NCBI GenBank assembly: GCA_964518575.1
Contig: CAZFGW010000002.1
Location: forward strand, 61,974 to 125,973
Origin: an uncultured Eggerthellaceae bacterium
Lineage (GTDB): Bacteria > Actinomycetota > Coriobacteriia > Coriobacteriales > Eggerthellaceae
Direction of reading: 5' to 3'
DNA: 64,000 nucleotides
Part shown: positions 54,152 through 62,828 of the stretch, piece after piece
Layout of the letters: each line of letters starts with the position of its first letter
Numbering within the stretch: position 1 is the stretch's first letter
Position numbers and translations under genes: made by a program
The notes under the pieces: model-generated
What the model was told of the DNA's origin: nothing
Seen by the model: the letters and a program-made list of their open reading frames with translations, nothing else
Database searches by the model: none

Positions 54152-54844
54152 CTACGCCTTGAAGCGATAGCCGTAACCACGAACCGTTTCCACGAGGGAT
54201 GTGTCATACCCGGCAGCAGCGATCTTGTCACGCAGACGCTTGATGTGCGTATCGACCGTTTTCGTCTCGGTGAGATATTCCCAGCCCCACGCATCGCGGA
54301 GCAGATCTTCGCGGCTGACGACCTTGCCGGCATTCTTCATCAAGGATGCCAACAGTTCGAATTCACGGGGCGTCAGATCGATCTCGCCGTTATCGCCTGA
54401 AGCGGTATGTGCGTCTTCATCAAGGGTGATGCCGTTGACGGTAACCACGTTGTGGACATCTCCCACATTGCCCGCTCCCCGGCGCAGCAAAGCACGCACG
54501 CGCGCGATGAGCTCGCGGACGCCGAAGGGCTTGGAGAGGTAGTCATCGCCACCGATCTCGAGCCCGACTACTTTGTCGAGTTCGGTATCGCGGGCAGAGA
54601 GGAAAAGCACGGGTGAGGATGTGTTCGTGCGCAATCTGCGGCACAGTTCGTATCCGTCCATGCCGGGAAGCATGATGTCCAAGATGAACAGGTCGTAATC
54701 GTTCTGAGCCGCGAGATTCAAAGCCTCTTCGCCGCTTTGAACGATATCAGCGTTGTAGCCTTCCTTTTTCAGTGCATAGCCGACAAAGTCAGTGATCGTG
54801 GATTCGTCATCGACAACCAGGATGCGTGTTGATAGTTCTGTCAT
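54152..54844 (-). CDS. OmpR/PhoB-family response regulator (no cognate kinase gene nearby)
   Basis: 230-aa ORF with receiver motifs ILVVDDE, ILDIMLPGMDG and SKPF. Winged-helix C-terminus LTPREFELL...GYGYRF. Confidence 0.9.
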   Translation of the reverse strand: MTELSTRILVVDDESTITDFVGYALKKEGYNADIVQSGEEALNLAAQNDYDLFILDIMLPGMDGYELCRRLRTNTSSPVLFLSARDTELDKVVGLEIGGDDYLSKPFGVRELIARVRALLRRGAGNVGDVHNVVTVNGITLDEDAHTASGDNGEIDLTPREFELLASLMKNAGKVVSREDLLRDAWGWEYLTETKTVDTHIKRLRDKIAAAGYDTSLVETVRGYGYRFKA

Positions 54845-54958
54845 TCGTCTATGCCTTCCTCGTTTGCTACGGACTTCCCTTAAAAGTGCCTAACAATGAT
54901 TGGTATACTTCGAATATGTTTATTATCCGCTAAAACTTGAAAGTTAGCCGCACAAATT

Positions 54959-55804
54959 ATGTTATTTGCCGTAGATATTGGTAACACGCAAACGGTTTTG
55001 GGCATTTTCGAGCAGGATGGGAGCGATTCGCCGCGCATCTCGTGGCGTATTGCTACGAACAAGACCGACACCGCAGACGATATCGCTTCAAAACTTCTCC
55101 CCCTCATTGATGCAGCGCATGTTGAAACGGGCGCGGTTGCCGCGGCGGTAATGGCGTCGGTCGTGCCGTCGCTCACGCATGCATGGCGTGCTGCCATCAA
55201 TGCCTTGTTCTCGGTCGATGTCATGATGTGCACGGCCCAGTCGTGTTTGGAAGCGGGGCTATTCGAGGCGGATTACCCCAATCCCTCAGAGATCGGTTCT
55301 GACCGGGTGGCAGATGCGGTTGCGGTGAAAGCGCTCTATGGATACCCGGCGATCGTTGTCGACTTCGGCACAGCAACCAACATGGAGGTCATCGACGAGA
55401 GCGGCAAGTTCGTGGGTGGCGTGATCGCACCGGGATTGCAAACAGGTGCGGATGCATTGTTCACGAACGCATCCGGGCTTGCCTCGATGGAGATGGTCGT
55501 TCCGCCTTCAGTGATCGGCAAGAATACGGCTCAAGCGCTTCAGGCGGGAATCATCCTTGGCGAAGCGGCGCGCGTGGATGGTTTGATCGATCGGATTTTC
55601 GAAGCTTTGGGATTGCCAAGCGATGGCCAAGGTTGTACGGTGGTTGCAACAGGCGGATTGGCGAAATCGGTCGCTGCTTGGTCACGGCATATCATGGAAG
55701 TTGCGCCGGATTTGACGCTTTTTGGACTCGTCTTGCTCGCGCGGACGAGCGGCTCTCAGGAAAGGAGCACTCATGGCGATCTGCACGCCGAAGGAAGTCA
55801 CTGA
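54959..55804 (+). CDS. coaX: Type III pantothenate kinase
   Basis: 281-aa ORF with motifs LFAVDIGNTQTV, GSDR and VVDFGTATN. Confidence 0.88.
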   Translation: MLFAVDIGNTQTVLGIFEQDGSDSPRISWRIATNKTDTADDIASKLLPLIDAAHVETGAVAAAVMASVVPSLTHAWRAAINALFSVDVMMCTAQSCLEAGLFEADYPNPSEIGSDRVADAVAVKALYGYPAIVVDFGTATNMEVIDESGKFVGGVIAPGLQTGADALFTNASGLASMEMVVPPSVIGKNTAQALQAGIILGEAARVDGLIDRIFEALGLPSDGQGCTVVATGGLAKSVAAWSRHIMEVAPDLTLFGLVLLARTSGSQERSTHGDLHAEGSH

Positions 55805-56609
55805 CAACTATATCGCAGGCGCTGTTGCAAAAGCTGAAAGCCCTGCGTGGCGGCTTTTCGTATTGGCGATATTCGCGGGTATGTTGGTGGCGTTGGGTGC
55901 GGTCGCGTCCTCCACGGCGGCGCAGGGAACCACGGATACCGGTCTTGCTCGTTTCATCACTGGAGCTATCTTTCCCATCGGTCTTATCATGATCGTACCG
56001 CTCGGAGCCGAGCTTTTTACGGGCAATGCGCTCATGGTCACGGCAGCCATCTCGAAGGAGATCACGTGGGCACGGCTTGCGCGCAACTGGCTAATCGTCT
56101 ACCTCGGGAACTTTGCGGGCTCTGTCTTTGTTGCGGTGTGTATGGCATGGTTTGGGCAACTTGATATCGGCGGCGGGACGCTTGCGGTCTATACGGCGAA
56201 AGTGGCGGCGGCGAAAAGCAGCCTGCCTTGGGTGAATGCATTCGTGTTGGGGATTTTCTGCAACCTCATGGTGTGTATCGCTATCTATTTGGGTAATACC
56301 GCCCATGATACCGCCGGTAAAATCCTCGGCATCTTCTTTCCTATTTTCGGATTCGTGATCGCGGGGTTCGAGCACTGTGTTGCCAATATGTACTACATCC
56401 CTGCAGGTATCTTCGCGGCGATGGACCCAACGTATGCGGGTCTTATCGCAGATACGGGCATCAATCTTTCCGTGCTGAATTTCCCAACTTTCATCTGCGC
56501 GAATCTGATTCCGGTCACGCTAGGCAATATCATCGGTGGTGTGAGCGTGGGACTGATCATGTACGCCGCCCATGCCACCCACAAAAAATGCGCGGATGAA
56601 AATGCATGA
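55773..56609 (+). CDS. Formate/nitrite transporter (FNT) family channel
   Basis: The ATG at 55773 follows AAAGGAG and overlaps the coaX end by 32 nt. FNT pattern LGAELFTGN ... GFEHCVANMYY. Confidence 0.85.
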   Translation: MAICTPKEVTDNYIAGAVAKAESPAWRLFVLAIFAGMLVALGAVASSTAAQGTTDTGLARFITGAIFPIGLIMIVPLGAELFTGNALMVTAAISKEITWARLARNWLIVYLGNFAGSVFVAVCMAWFGQLDIGGGTLAVYTAKVAAAKSSLPWVNAFVLGIFCNLMVCIAIYLGNTAHDTAGKILGIFFPIFGFVIAGFEHCVANMYYIPAGIFAAMDPTYAGLIADTGINLSVLNFPTFICANLIPVTLGNIIGGVSVGLIMYAAHATHKKCADENA

Positions 56610-57139
56610 GGAAGGCACCTGCCTTGATGACGTTTTGTTCTGCCGGTGCTCATGAGACGCATGCGCGCGCCTCTGCGCTTGCGTCGTTGGTGCGTGCGGG
56701 GGATGTGATTACGCTCAAAGGCGGTCTTGGTGCAGGGAAGACCAATTTCGTTCAAGGCGTCGCACGCGGACTAGGGATTGAGGGCGCGCTCGCAAGTCCG
56801 ACGTTCAATCTGGTCAATATCTATAATGAGGCGCAACCCCCGCTCTATCATTTCGATTTGTATCGGCTTGACGATCCGTCCGAGCTTGAGGATATCGATT
56901 TTTTCGCCCTGACTGAACCTGAGAGCGAGGGCGTGTCATTCATCGAATGGCCCGACCAATTCGAAGCGGAACTGCCCGATGATCGCCTTTGTATCACTAT
57001 TGAGAAAAACGCCGCTGATGACGAGGCGCGTCAGTTTGCCGTGAGTGCCACTGCCTCGCGCTCGCAAGAGCTTTTGGATGCGTGGGCAGACGCGCTCGGC
57101 TTATCAGGCGCTTCCTCGAATGGCGTTTGCGAAGGATAA
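56606..57139 (+). CDS. tsaE: t6A37 biosynthesis ATPase TsaE
   Basis: 177-aa ORF with motifs GGLGAGKTNFVQG and SPTFNLVNIY...HFDLYR. The start overlaps the FNT stop (ATGA). Confidence 0.88.
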   Translation: MRKAPALMTFCSAGAHETHARASALASLVRAGDVITLKGGLGAGKTNFVQGVARGLGIEGALASPTFNLVNIYNEAQPPLYHFDLYRLDDPSELEDIDFFALTEPESEGVSFIEWPDQFEAELPDDRLCITIEKNAADDEARQFAVSATASRSQELLDAWADALGLSGASSNGVCEG

Positions 57140-57143
57140 GGGC

Positions 57144-59564
57144 ATGGCGGATACCTACGTTCTCGCATTCGATACCTCCAATGAGGTCATCGCGATCGGT
57201 TTGGGGAAGATCAGTGCCGGTGCGCGCTCAATCGAGCTCGTGGCATCAATCGAAAAAGAGGCGCGGCGCGCGTCCAATACGATGCTTCTGCCGCTTATCG
57301 ATACTTTGCTCGAAGAAGCAGGGGTGGCAAAAGATCAGCTTGCGTGTATCGGTGTGGGGCGGGGTCCCGGTTCGTTCACGGGTGTGCGAATTGCGCTTGC
57401 CACGGCGAAGGGCATCGCATTTGCGCGCGGGATAGCGCTCGTTGGCATCTCAACGCAGGAGGCAATTGCGTGGGGCGCGTGGGAGAGCGGTGTGCGCGGG
57501 CGGCTGTTTGTCGTAAGCGACGCGATGCGCAAGGAGCTCTATCCCGCCTATTTTCTACTCGACGAAAAAGGGGTGTGTCGCTTGAGCGCCGATCGCGTTG
57601 TCAAGGCAGCCGCCTTTATTGATGAGCTCGACACGAGTGCCCGCTCAGTGACGGGGGACGCGCTTGCGAAATATCGCGAAGACTTCCCGCCTGACACGAC
57701 GATTCTTGATAAAGACCTGTGGACGCCCTCGGGGCAGGGACTTTTGCATGCGCTTTCTCACGCATGGCATGATGAGGGCATCGACATTCTTGATGCGCAT
57801 GCGCACGACCCGGCGCTGCTGCTTCCCATTTACACGCGCCTTTCTGATGCGGAAGAGCATGAGCGCGAGCGCTTGAAATTGACTGAGTCCCGCAATTTGA
57901 AATGCGGTGTGCAGGACTGTCCGCTGCCGGTCTCTCCCGGCACCATCGCTTATCGTCCGCTCGATGCGAACCATGTTGCGGACGTCGCGGCGCTCGAAGC
58001 ATCGCTGATGGGAAGCGATGCCTGGCGCGAGAGCATGGTTGCTGATGAGCTTGCGCGTACGGACCGGACGTGGTGGATGGCGCTTGATGAGAGCGGGCTT
58101 GTGGGCTATGCGGGCGGGCTTGTGGTCGATGGCGATATGCAGGTTTTGAAAGTGGCGGTTGCGCGCGGGCATCAGCGTCGCGGCATTGCGCAGGCATTGC
58201 TCGCGAAGATCGCCGAGGATGCGATGAATCTCGCAGCAACAACATGCTCGCTTGAGGTGCGCGCATCGAACACGGCAGCGCAAGCGCTCTATGAGGCGTG
58301 CGGTCTTGAACGTATTGGGTATCGCCGGAGGTATTACTCCGATGGCGAGGACGCTCTCATCATGAAAGGTGATATTGCAACTCTCGTGAAGGGATGCACT
58401 CATGTCGCTTATGAAGTTGCGGGCATTTCTGTCGCGTCCCGTCATGCAGACGGTGCTCCCAACACAGTCCTTGCCGATAACCCCGATAACCCGCAAAACC
58501 CTTCTGCTCCCATTCACCCGCTCATCCTTGCTATCGAAAGCTCCTGCGACGAAACAGCTGCCTCTATCATCGATGGCTCGGGCAGGATCTTAAGCGATGT
58601 CGTGGCATCGCAGATTGACTTCCATGCCCGCTTTGGCGGTGTAGTACCGGAGATTGCATCACGCAAACATATCGAAGCGATCTGCGGGGTGTGCTCGATC
58701 GCTCTTGAAGAGGCGAGCGCTGCTCTTGCGGAAGGCTCAGCGCTTACCATGGCTGACCTCGATGGCGTTGCGGCAACCTATGCGCCGGGGCTCGTCGGCG
58801 CGCTCGTGGTGGGCGTTGCTTTCGCGAAGGGAGCGTCTTGGGCGCGCAGTATTCCCTTCATCGGCGTAAACCATATGGAAGGACATCTCTACGCGAACAA
58901 GCTGGATGCCACATCGGCAGTTCCATTTGAGCCTCCCGCGATTGTGTCGTTGGTATCGGGTGGCAACACGATGCTCGTCCATATGAAGGATTGGCAGGAC
59001 TACGAGGTGCTCGGTCAGACGATCGATGACGCGGTGGGGGAGGCATTCGACAAGGTTGCGAAAGCGCTCGGACTCCCGTATCCCGGCGGTCCGGTTATTT
59101 CCGAACTTGCGAAAGAGGGAAACAGCGACGCGGTGGCGTTCCCGCGCGCGCTCATGCACTCGGGCGATTATCGGTTCTCACTCTCAGGCTTGAAGACAGC
59201 GGTGATCAATCACATTCAAAAGCTCCGCGATGCGGGTGAGGAGCTACCCTTACCCGATATCTGTGCGAGCTTCCAGCAGGCGGTCATCGATGTGCAGGTT
59301 GCGAAGGTGCGCCGCGCGATCGAAGCATGTTCGGTGCGTACGTTTTGTTTGGGTGGAGGCGTTGCGGCGAATCCGGCGTTGCGCGCTGCCTATCAGCAGA
59401 TGTGTGCAGAGCTCGATTGTCGTCTGGTCATGCCGCCGATGAGCACATGTGGCGATAATGCTGCGATGATCGCGCTCGTGGCGCTCGATCGGTATCGGCA
59501 GGGACGGTTCTTCGGCTTGGATGCCGATGCGCTTGCGCATGCCGACATCAGCGAACGCTATTAG
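57144..59564 (+). CDS. tsaB/rimI/tsaD: Triple fusion TsaB - RimI-like GNAT acetyltransferase - TsaD
   Basis: The ATG at 57144 follows GAAGGA, giving 806 aa. TsaB region: VLAFDTSNEV...GVGRGPGSFTGVRI. GNAT region: VAVARGHQRRGIAQALL. TsaD region: ILAIESSCDETAASI...GVNHMEGH...GGVAAN. Confidence 0.85.
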   Translation: MADTYVLAFDTSNEVIAIGLGKISAGARSIELVASIEKEARRASNTMLLPLIDTLLEEAGVAKDQLACIGVGRGPGSFTGVRIALATAKGIAFARGIALVGISTQEAIAWGAWESGVRGRLFVVSDAMRKELYPAYFLLDEKGVCRLSADRVVKAAAFIDELDTSARSVTGDALAKYREDFPPDTTILDKDLWTPSGQGLLHALSHAWHDEGIDILDAHAHDPALLLPIYTRLSDAEEHERERLKLTESRNLKCGVQDCPLPVSPGTIAYRPLDANHVADVAALEASLMGSDAWRESMVADELARTDRTWWMALDESGLVGYAGGLVVDGDMQVLKVAVARGHQRRGIAQALLAKIAEDAMNLAATTCSLEVRASNTAAQALYEACGLERIGYRRRYYSDGEDALIMKGDIATLVKGCTHVAYEVAGISVASRHADGAPNTVLADNPDNPQNPSAPIHPLILAIESSCDETAASIIDGSGRILSDVVASQIDFHARFGGVVPEIASRKHIEAICGVCSIALEEASAALAEGSALTMADLDGVAATYAPGLVGALVVGVAFAKGASWARSIPFIGVNHMEGHLYANKLDATSAVPFEPPAIVSLVSGGNTMLVHMKDWQDYEVLGQTIDDAVGEAFDKVAKALGLPYPGGPVISELAKEGNSDAVAFPRALMHSGDYRFSLSGLKTAVINHIQKLRDAGEELPLPDICASFQQAVIDVQVAKVRRAIEACSVRTFCLGGGVAANPALRAAYQQMCAELDCRLVMPPMSTCGDNAAMIALVALDRYRQGRFFGLDADALAHADISERY

Positions 59565-60511
59565 TCTTCTGGCTTCTGTCCGCTCGTTTCGGTGCGGCTC
59601 CAAAGTCGCACTTCGGGCTCAAGCGAAACACCGCTCACCTCTGCCACTTTTGCCTGGACAGCGGAGATCACCTGAAGGACATCGCGCGCGCTTGCGCGAT
59701 CGAGATTCACTACAAATCCCGCATGCTTTTCAGAAACTTGCGCGTCTCCGATACGGAAGCCCTGCATGCCGCTTTCTTGGATCAGCTGCCCCGCAAAGTG
59801 CCCCTCGGGGCGTTTGAATGTCGATCCAGCCGAAGCGAGCTCGAGAGGTTGTTTGGTTTCGCGCTGTATGCGCAGATCCTCCATCGTGCGCGTGATCTGG
59901 GCAGGATCGCTCGGGCTTAGATGCAGCTCGGCGCCTAAGATGATCATCCCTTCATGCATCATCTTGCTCGCGCGATATCCCCACTGGGCATCGGTACCGG
60001 CAAGGTCGACGATATGACCTGCCTGGTCGAGGCATCTCACACGCGTGCAAACATCGCTGAACTGTCCGCCGTATGCACCCGCATTCATGTAGGCAGCCCC
60101 GCCGATCGTGCCGGGAATGCCACTGGCGAACTCATAACCGGAAAGCCCGCGGGCGAGGGCATGGATGGCGACATCGCTGTTGAGCGCGCCTGCTTGAACG
60201 TAAAACGCCGTCTCGTCGATATCCTCGATCGCGGAAAAGCGCTGCGCGAGTTTGATGACAACGCCATCGAGCCCTTCATCGGCAACAAGGATATTTGATC
60301 CGGCGCCGATAACGCGCAAGGTGAGGTGTTCGCTTTGGCAGAGTGATTGTATGCGTGCGATCTGATCTTCGCTCTCAGGCTCGACAAGCCAATCCGCCGG
60401 ACCGCCTATCTTGAAAGTGGTGTGTTTGCGTAGAGGCTCAAGGGCGAAAACCTGCGCGCCGCCAGCTATATCGATAAGGGCGTCACTGATCTTTGAAGCA
60501 AGGTCGGTCAT
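59561..60511 (-). CDS. murB: UDP-N-acetylenolpyruvoylglucosamine reductase
   Basis: 316-aa ORF with FAD-binding motifs TTFKIGGPA and VIGAGSNILV, plus GSTFKRP. Its stop overlaps the tsaD stop (TTAG). Confidence 0.92.
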   Translation of the reverse strand: MTDLASKISDALIDIAGGAQVFALEPLRKHTTFKIGGPADWLVEPESEDQIARIQSLCQSEHLTLRVIGAGSNILVADEGLDGVVIKLAQRFSAIEDIDETAFYVQAGALNSDVAIHALARGLSGYEFASGIPGTIGGAAYMNAGAYGGQFSDVCTRVRCLDQAGHIVDLAGTDAQWGYRASKMMHEGMIILGAELHLSPSDPAQITRTMEDLRIQRETKQPLELASAGSTFKRPEGHFAGQLIQESGMQGFRIGDAQVSEKHAGFVVNLDRASARDVLQVISAVQAKVAEVSGVSLEPEVRLWSRTETSGQKPED

Positions 60512-60520
60512 GGAGCCACC

Positions 60521-61897
60521 TCACGATTGCTTGAACTGGTCATATGCGGCGTCATCTTTGGGATAGACAGCCAGTGCGACGAAGAAGGAGATGGCAATGA
60601 GCACCATAACGCCGACAAGTGAGACGGCGAAAGAGAAGTAATCTGAGAAGAACCCCCAGAACATGCTCGAAACGCCGATCGCGACATCCAAGCCGAGCTG
60701 ATACAGTGCATTGGCTGCACCCCAGCGCGCCGGCGGACTCATCTTCACCGCCATCGATTGGTTCACTGGCATGCCGATTCCCATGGTGACGCCGAAGGGA
60801 ACTCCGGCGAAATAGAACAGCCAATCGATATACATCGTCTCTTGAAGGAAGAAGCAGATGAGCATGATGAGGTAGGTCAGGATACCCGCACCAGCGGCGA
60901 TGCCCATGAGCTTGATCGGTGCGGTGTTATCCATGAAACGCCCCGACGTGAGGCGAATCGTGATCATGGAAAGGGAAAGCACGACGAAATAGATCCCCGG
61001 CGAGGCGACGCCGATCGTGGTGCCATAAAGTCCCATGAAGTTCAAGCTGAAACCGAACGCGGTTGACATGAACGCGATCGTGATAGCGGCGGGTAGTGCG
61101 TGGATCTCAAAGATCCGATTCACCAGTTTTTTCCACCGTGGCTCACTGTCTTCGCGGGCTTTCTCGGCTGCCTCGATTGCTTGTTCACGTATGGATGGCT
61201 CAGGCTCGCGCTGTCCACCCTCCTTTCGGTCTACCTTACCTGCTTCCCAGCGCATCCGATAGACCGAGGTCGCGGGAAGTTTCGTCGGGTTTTTCTCGTA
61301 GCGACACAAGAGTGCGAATACCGTTGAGGCAACGGCGAACGCGGCGCATCCGATGAAGAGATTTGTCGGCGGTGTTGAAGAGGCAAGCGCGATGGCAATG
61401 GTGGGACCAACGCCCATAGAGATGGCTTGCCCGAGCCCATAGTAGGAAATACCTTCGCCAAGCCTTGATTCGGGAAGAACATCAGCTGCTGCCGTGCTTG
61501 CCGCGGTTCCTACGAGCGCAAACCCGATTCCTTGTAAGATGCGCCAGAAGATAAAGACGATGCCGTCATAGATGAAGAGGGGACCGAAAGTGCCGGCGAG
61601 TAGAAACAGATCGCCGATGATCATGATGAATTGCCGCCCTTTTGCATCAATGCAGGGACCAGAAGCAACACGCGCGACTGCGGCAGCGAGGAAGTAGGCG
61701 GTTGCCGAGATGCCGACGATCGTCGAGGTGCCTCCGATGCGATCGACAAAAACGGAGTAGCCTGCGCTCATACCCTGTCCGACGAGGAAGCAGCAAAGAA
61801 CGCAGATGATGATAATGATGAAGATCGGTGTCCAAAGACGCTCGCGGACGGGTGTTTTGGTAACCGAAGATGACTCCTCTTCGGCATGGTCGGTCAT
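60521..61897 (-). CDS. MFS transporter
   Basis: The ATG at 61897 follows GGGAG and overlaps the menG stop (ATGA). About 12 TM segments with a charged central loop. Confidence 0.8.
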   Translation of the reverse strand: MTDHAEEESSSVTKTPVRERLWTPIFIIIIICVLCCFLVGQGMSAGYSVFVDRIGGTSTIVGISATAYFLAAAVARVASGPCIDAKGRQFIMIIGDLFLLAGTFGPLFIYDGIVFIFWRILQGIGFALVGTAASTAAADVLPESRLGEGISYYGLGQAISMGVGPTIAIALASSTPPTNLFIGCAAFAVASTVFALLCRYEKNPTKLPATSVYRMRWEAGKVDRKEGGQREPEPSIREQAIEAAEKAREDSEPRWKKLVNRIFEIHALPAAITIAFMSTAFGFSLNFMGLYGTTIGVASPGIYFVVLSLSMITIRLTSGRFMDNTAPIKLMGIAAGAGILTYLIMLICFFLQETMYIDWLFYFAGVPFGVTMGIGMPVNQSMAVKMSPPARWGAANALYQLGLDVAIGVSSMFWGFFSDYFSFAVSLVGVMVLIAISFFVALAVYPKDDAAYDQFKQS

Positions 61898-62646
61898 GAA
61901 AGAACTCCCTTGAAAGCACTGTGTATGCATGCGATGCCTCCCGTGCAGTTCTCCCATGAGACATCTTTAAAGCCGGTGTCTTCCATCAGATCAGCAACGC
62001 CTTGCTGATCGGGGAATGCTTTGATGGAGTTCGCGAGATAGACGAAATCCTTGGTATTGCCTGCGATGAGCCGTCCCCACATCGGTATCATCCGATCGAG
62101 ATAGAAGCGGTACAGGGCATTCCAGGCTTTATTCGAAGGGGTGGAGAAATCAAGGCAGATCAGCTGTCCGCCCGGCTTCAGCACGCGCAGGATCTCTGAA
62201 AGTGCGCGCTCGCGCTCAGGCATGTTGCGCAGTCCGTATGCCATCGTGACGGCATCGAACGAGTTGTTGTCGAAGGGAAGCTTCTGCGCATCGGCGACCT
62301 GGAAATCCATCTGCGTCGTTCCGCCCTTGCCCTCATGGTAGTGGCTCTGGGCGATCTCGAGCATTTCCGGTACGAGATCGGTGCAGAGGATATGCGCCGG
62401 GTGTTTCATCTTCGCGATCGTGAAGGAGACATCGCCCGTGCCACCTGCGATATCGAGCACCCGATGATGAGGTTCGATGTGTGCGAGCGCGGCCATCTTG
62501 CCAAGCCAGCGCTTATAGGCACCGAAACTGGAAATTGCATTGAAGCGCTCGTATTTCTTCGCGATTCCCGAGAAGATTTGATAGACCCGCGCTGTTGAGA
62601 TTTCCGCGGGCGCGCACGTTCCGGTTGCTGTATCGATGCTCGTCAT
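61894..62646 (-). CDS. menG: Demethylmenaquinone/ubiquinone C-methyltransferase (UbiE/MenG)
   Basis: 250-aa ORF with SAM motif VLDIAGGTGD and a conserved FGLRN-like AYGLRNMP box. Confidence 0.88.
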   Translation of the reverse strand: MTSIDTATGTCAPAEISTARVYQIFSGIAKKYERFNAISSFGAYKRWLGKMAALAHIEPHHRVLDIAGGTGDVSFTIAKMKHPAHILCTDLVPEMLEIAQSHYHEGKGGTTQMDFQVADAQKLPFDNNSFDAVTMAYGLRNMPERERALSEILRVLKPGGQLICLDFSTPSNKAWNALYRFYLDRMIPMWGRLIAGNTKDFVYLANSIKAFPDQQGVADLMEDTGFKDVSWENCTGGIACIHSAFKGVLS

Positions 62647-62828
62647 ATCATCGATTATAGTCCACCGCTCCTACCCCCGTTGGCTTTTGTCCGTGGTATT
62701 CGGCATGAGGATGCTCGCCGCGCGTTCCCTTGACCCGAGCTTCAGCGCTCAAGCGGCATGGTTCTCTGATAGAATTTACGTTCATTGATTTTGACGACGA
62801 TCCCTCAAAGACGCGTAAGCGAGGCGAC

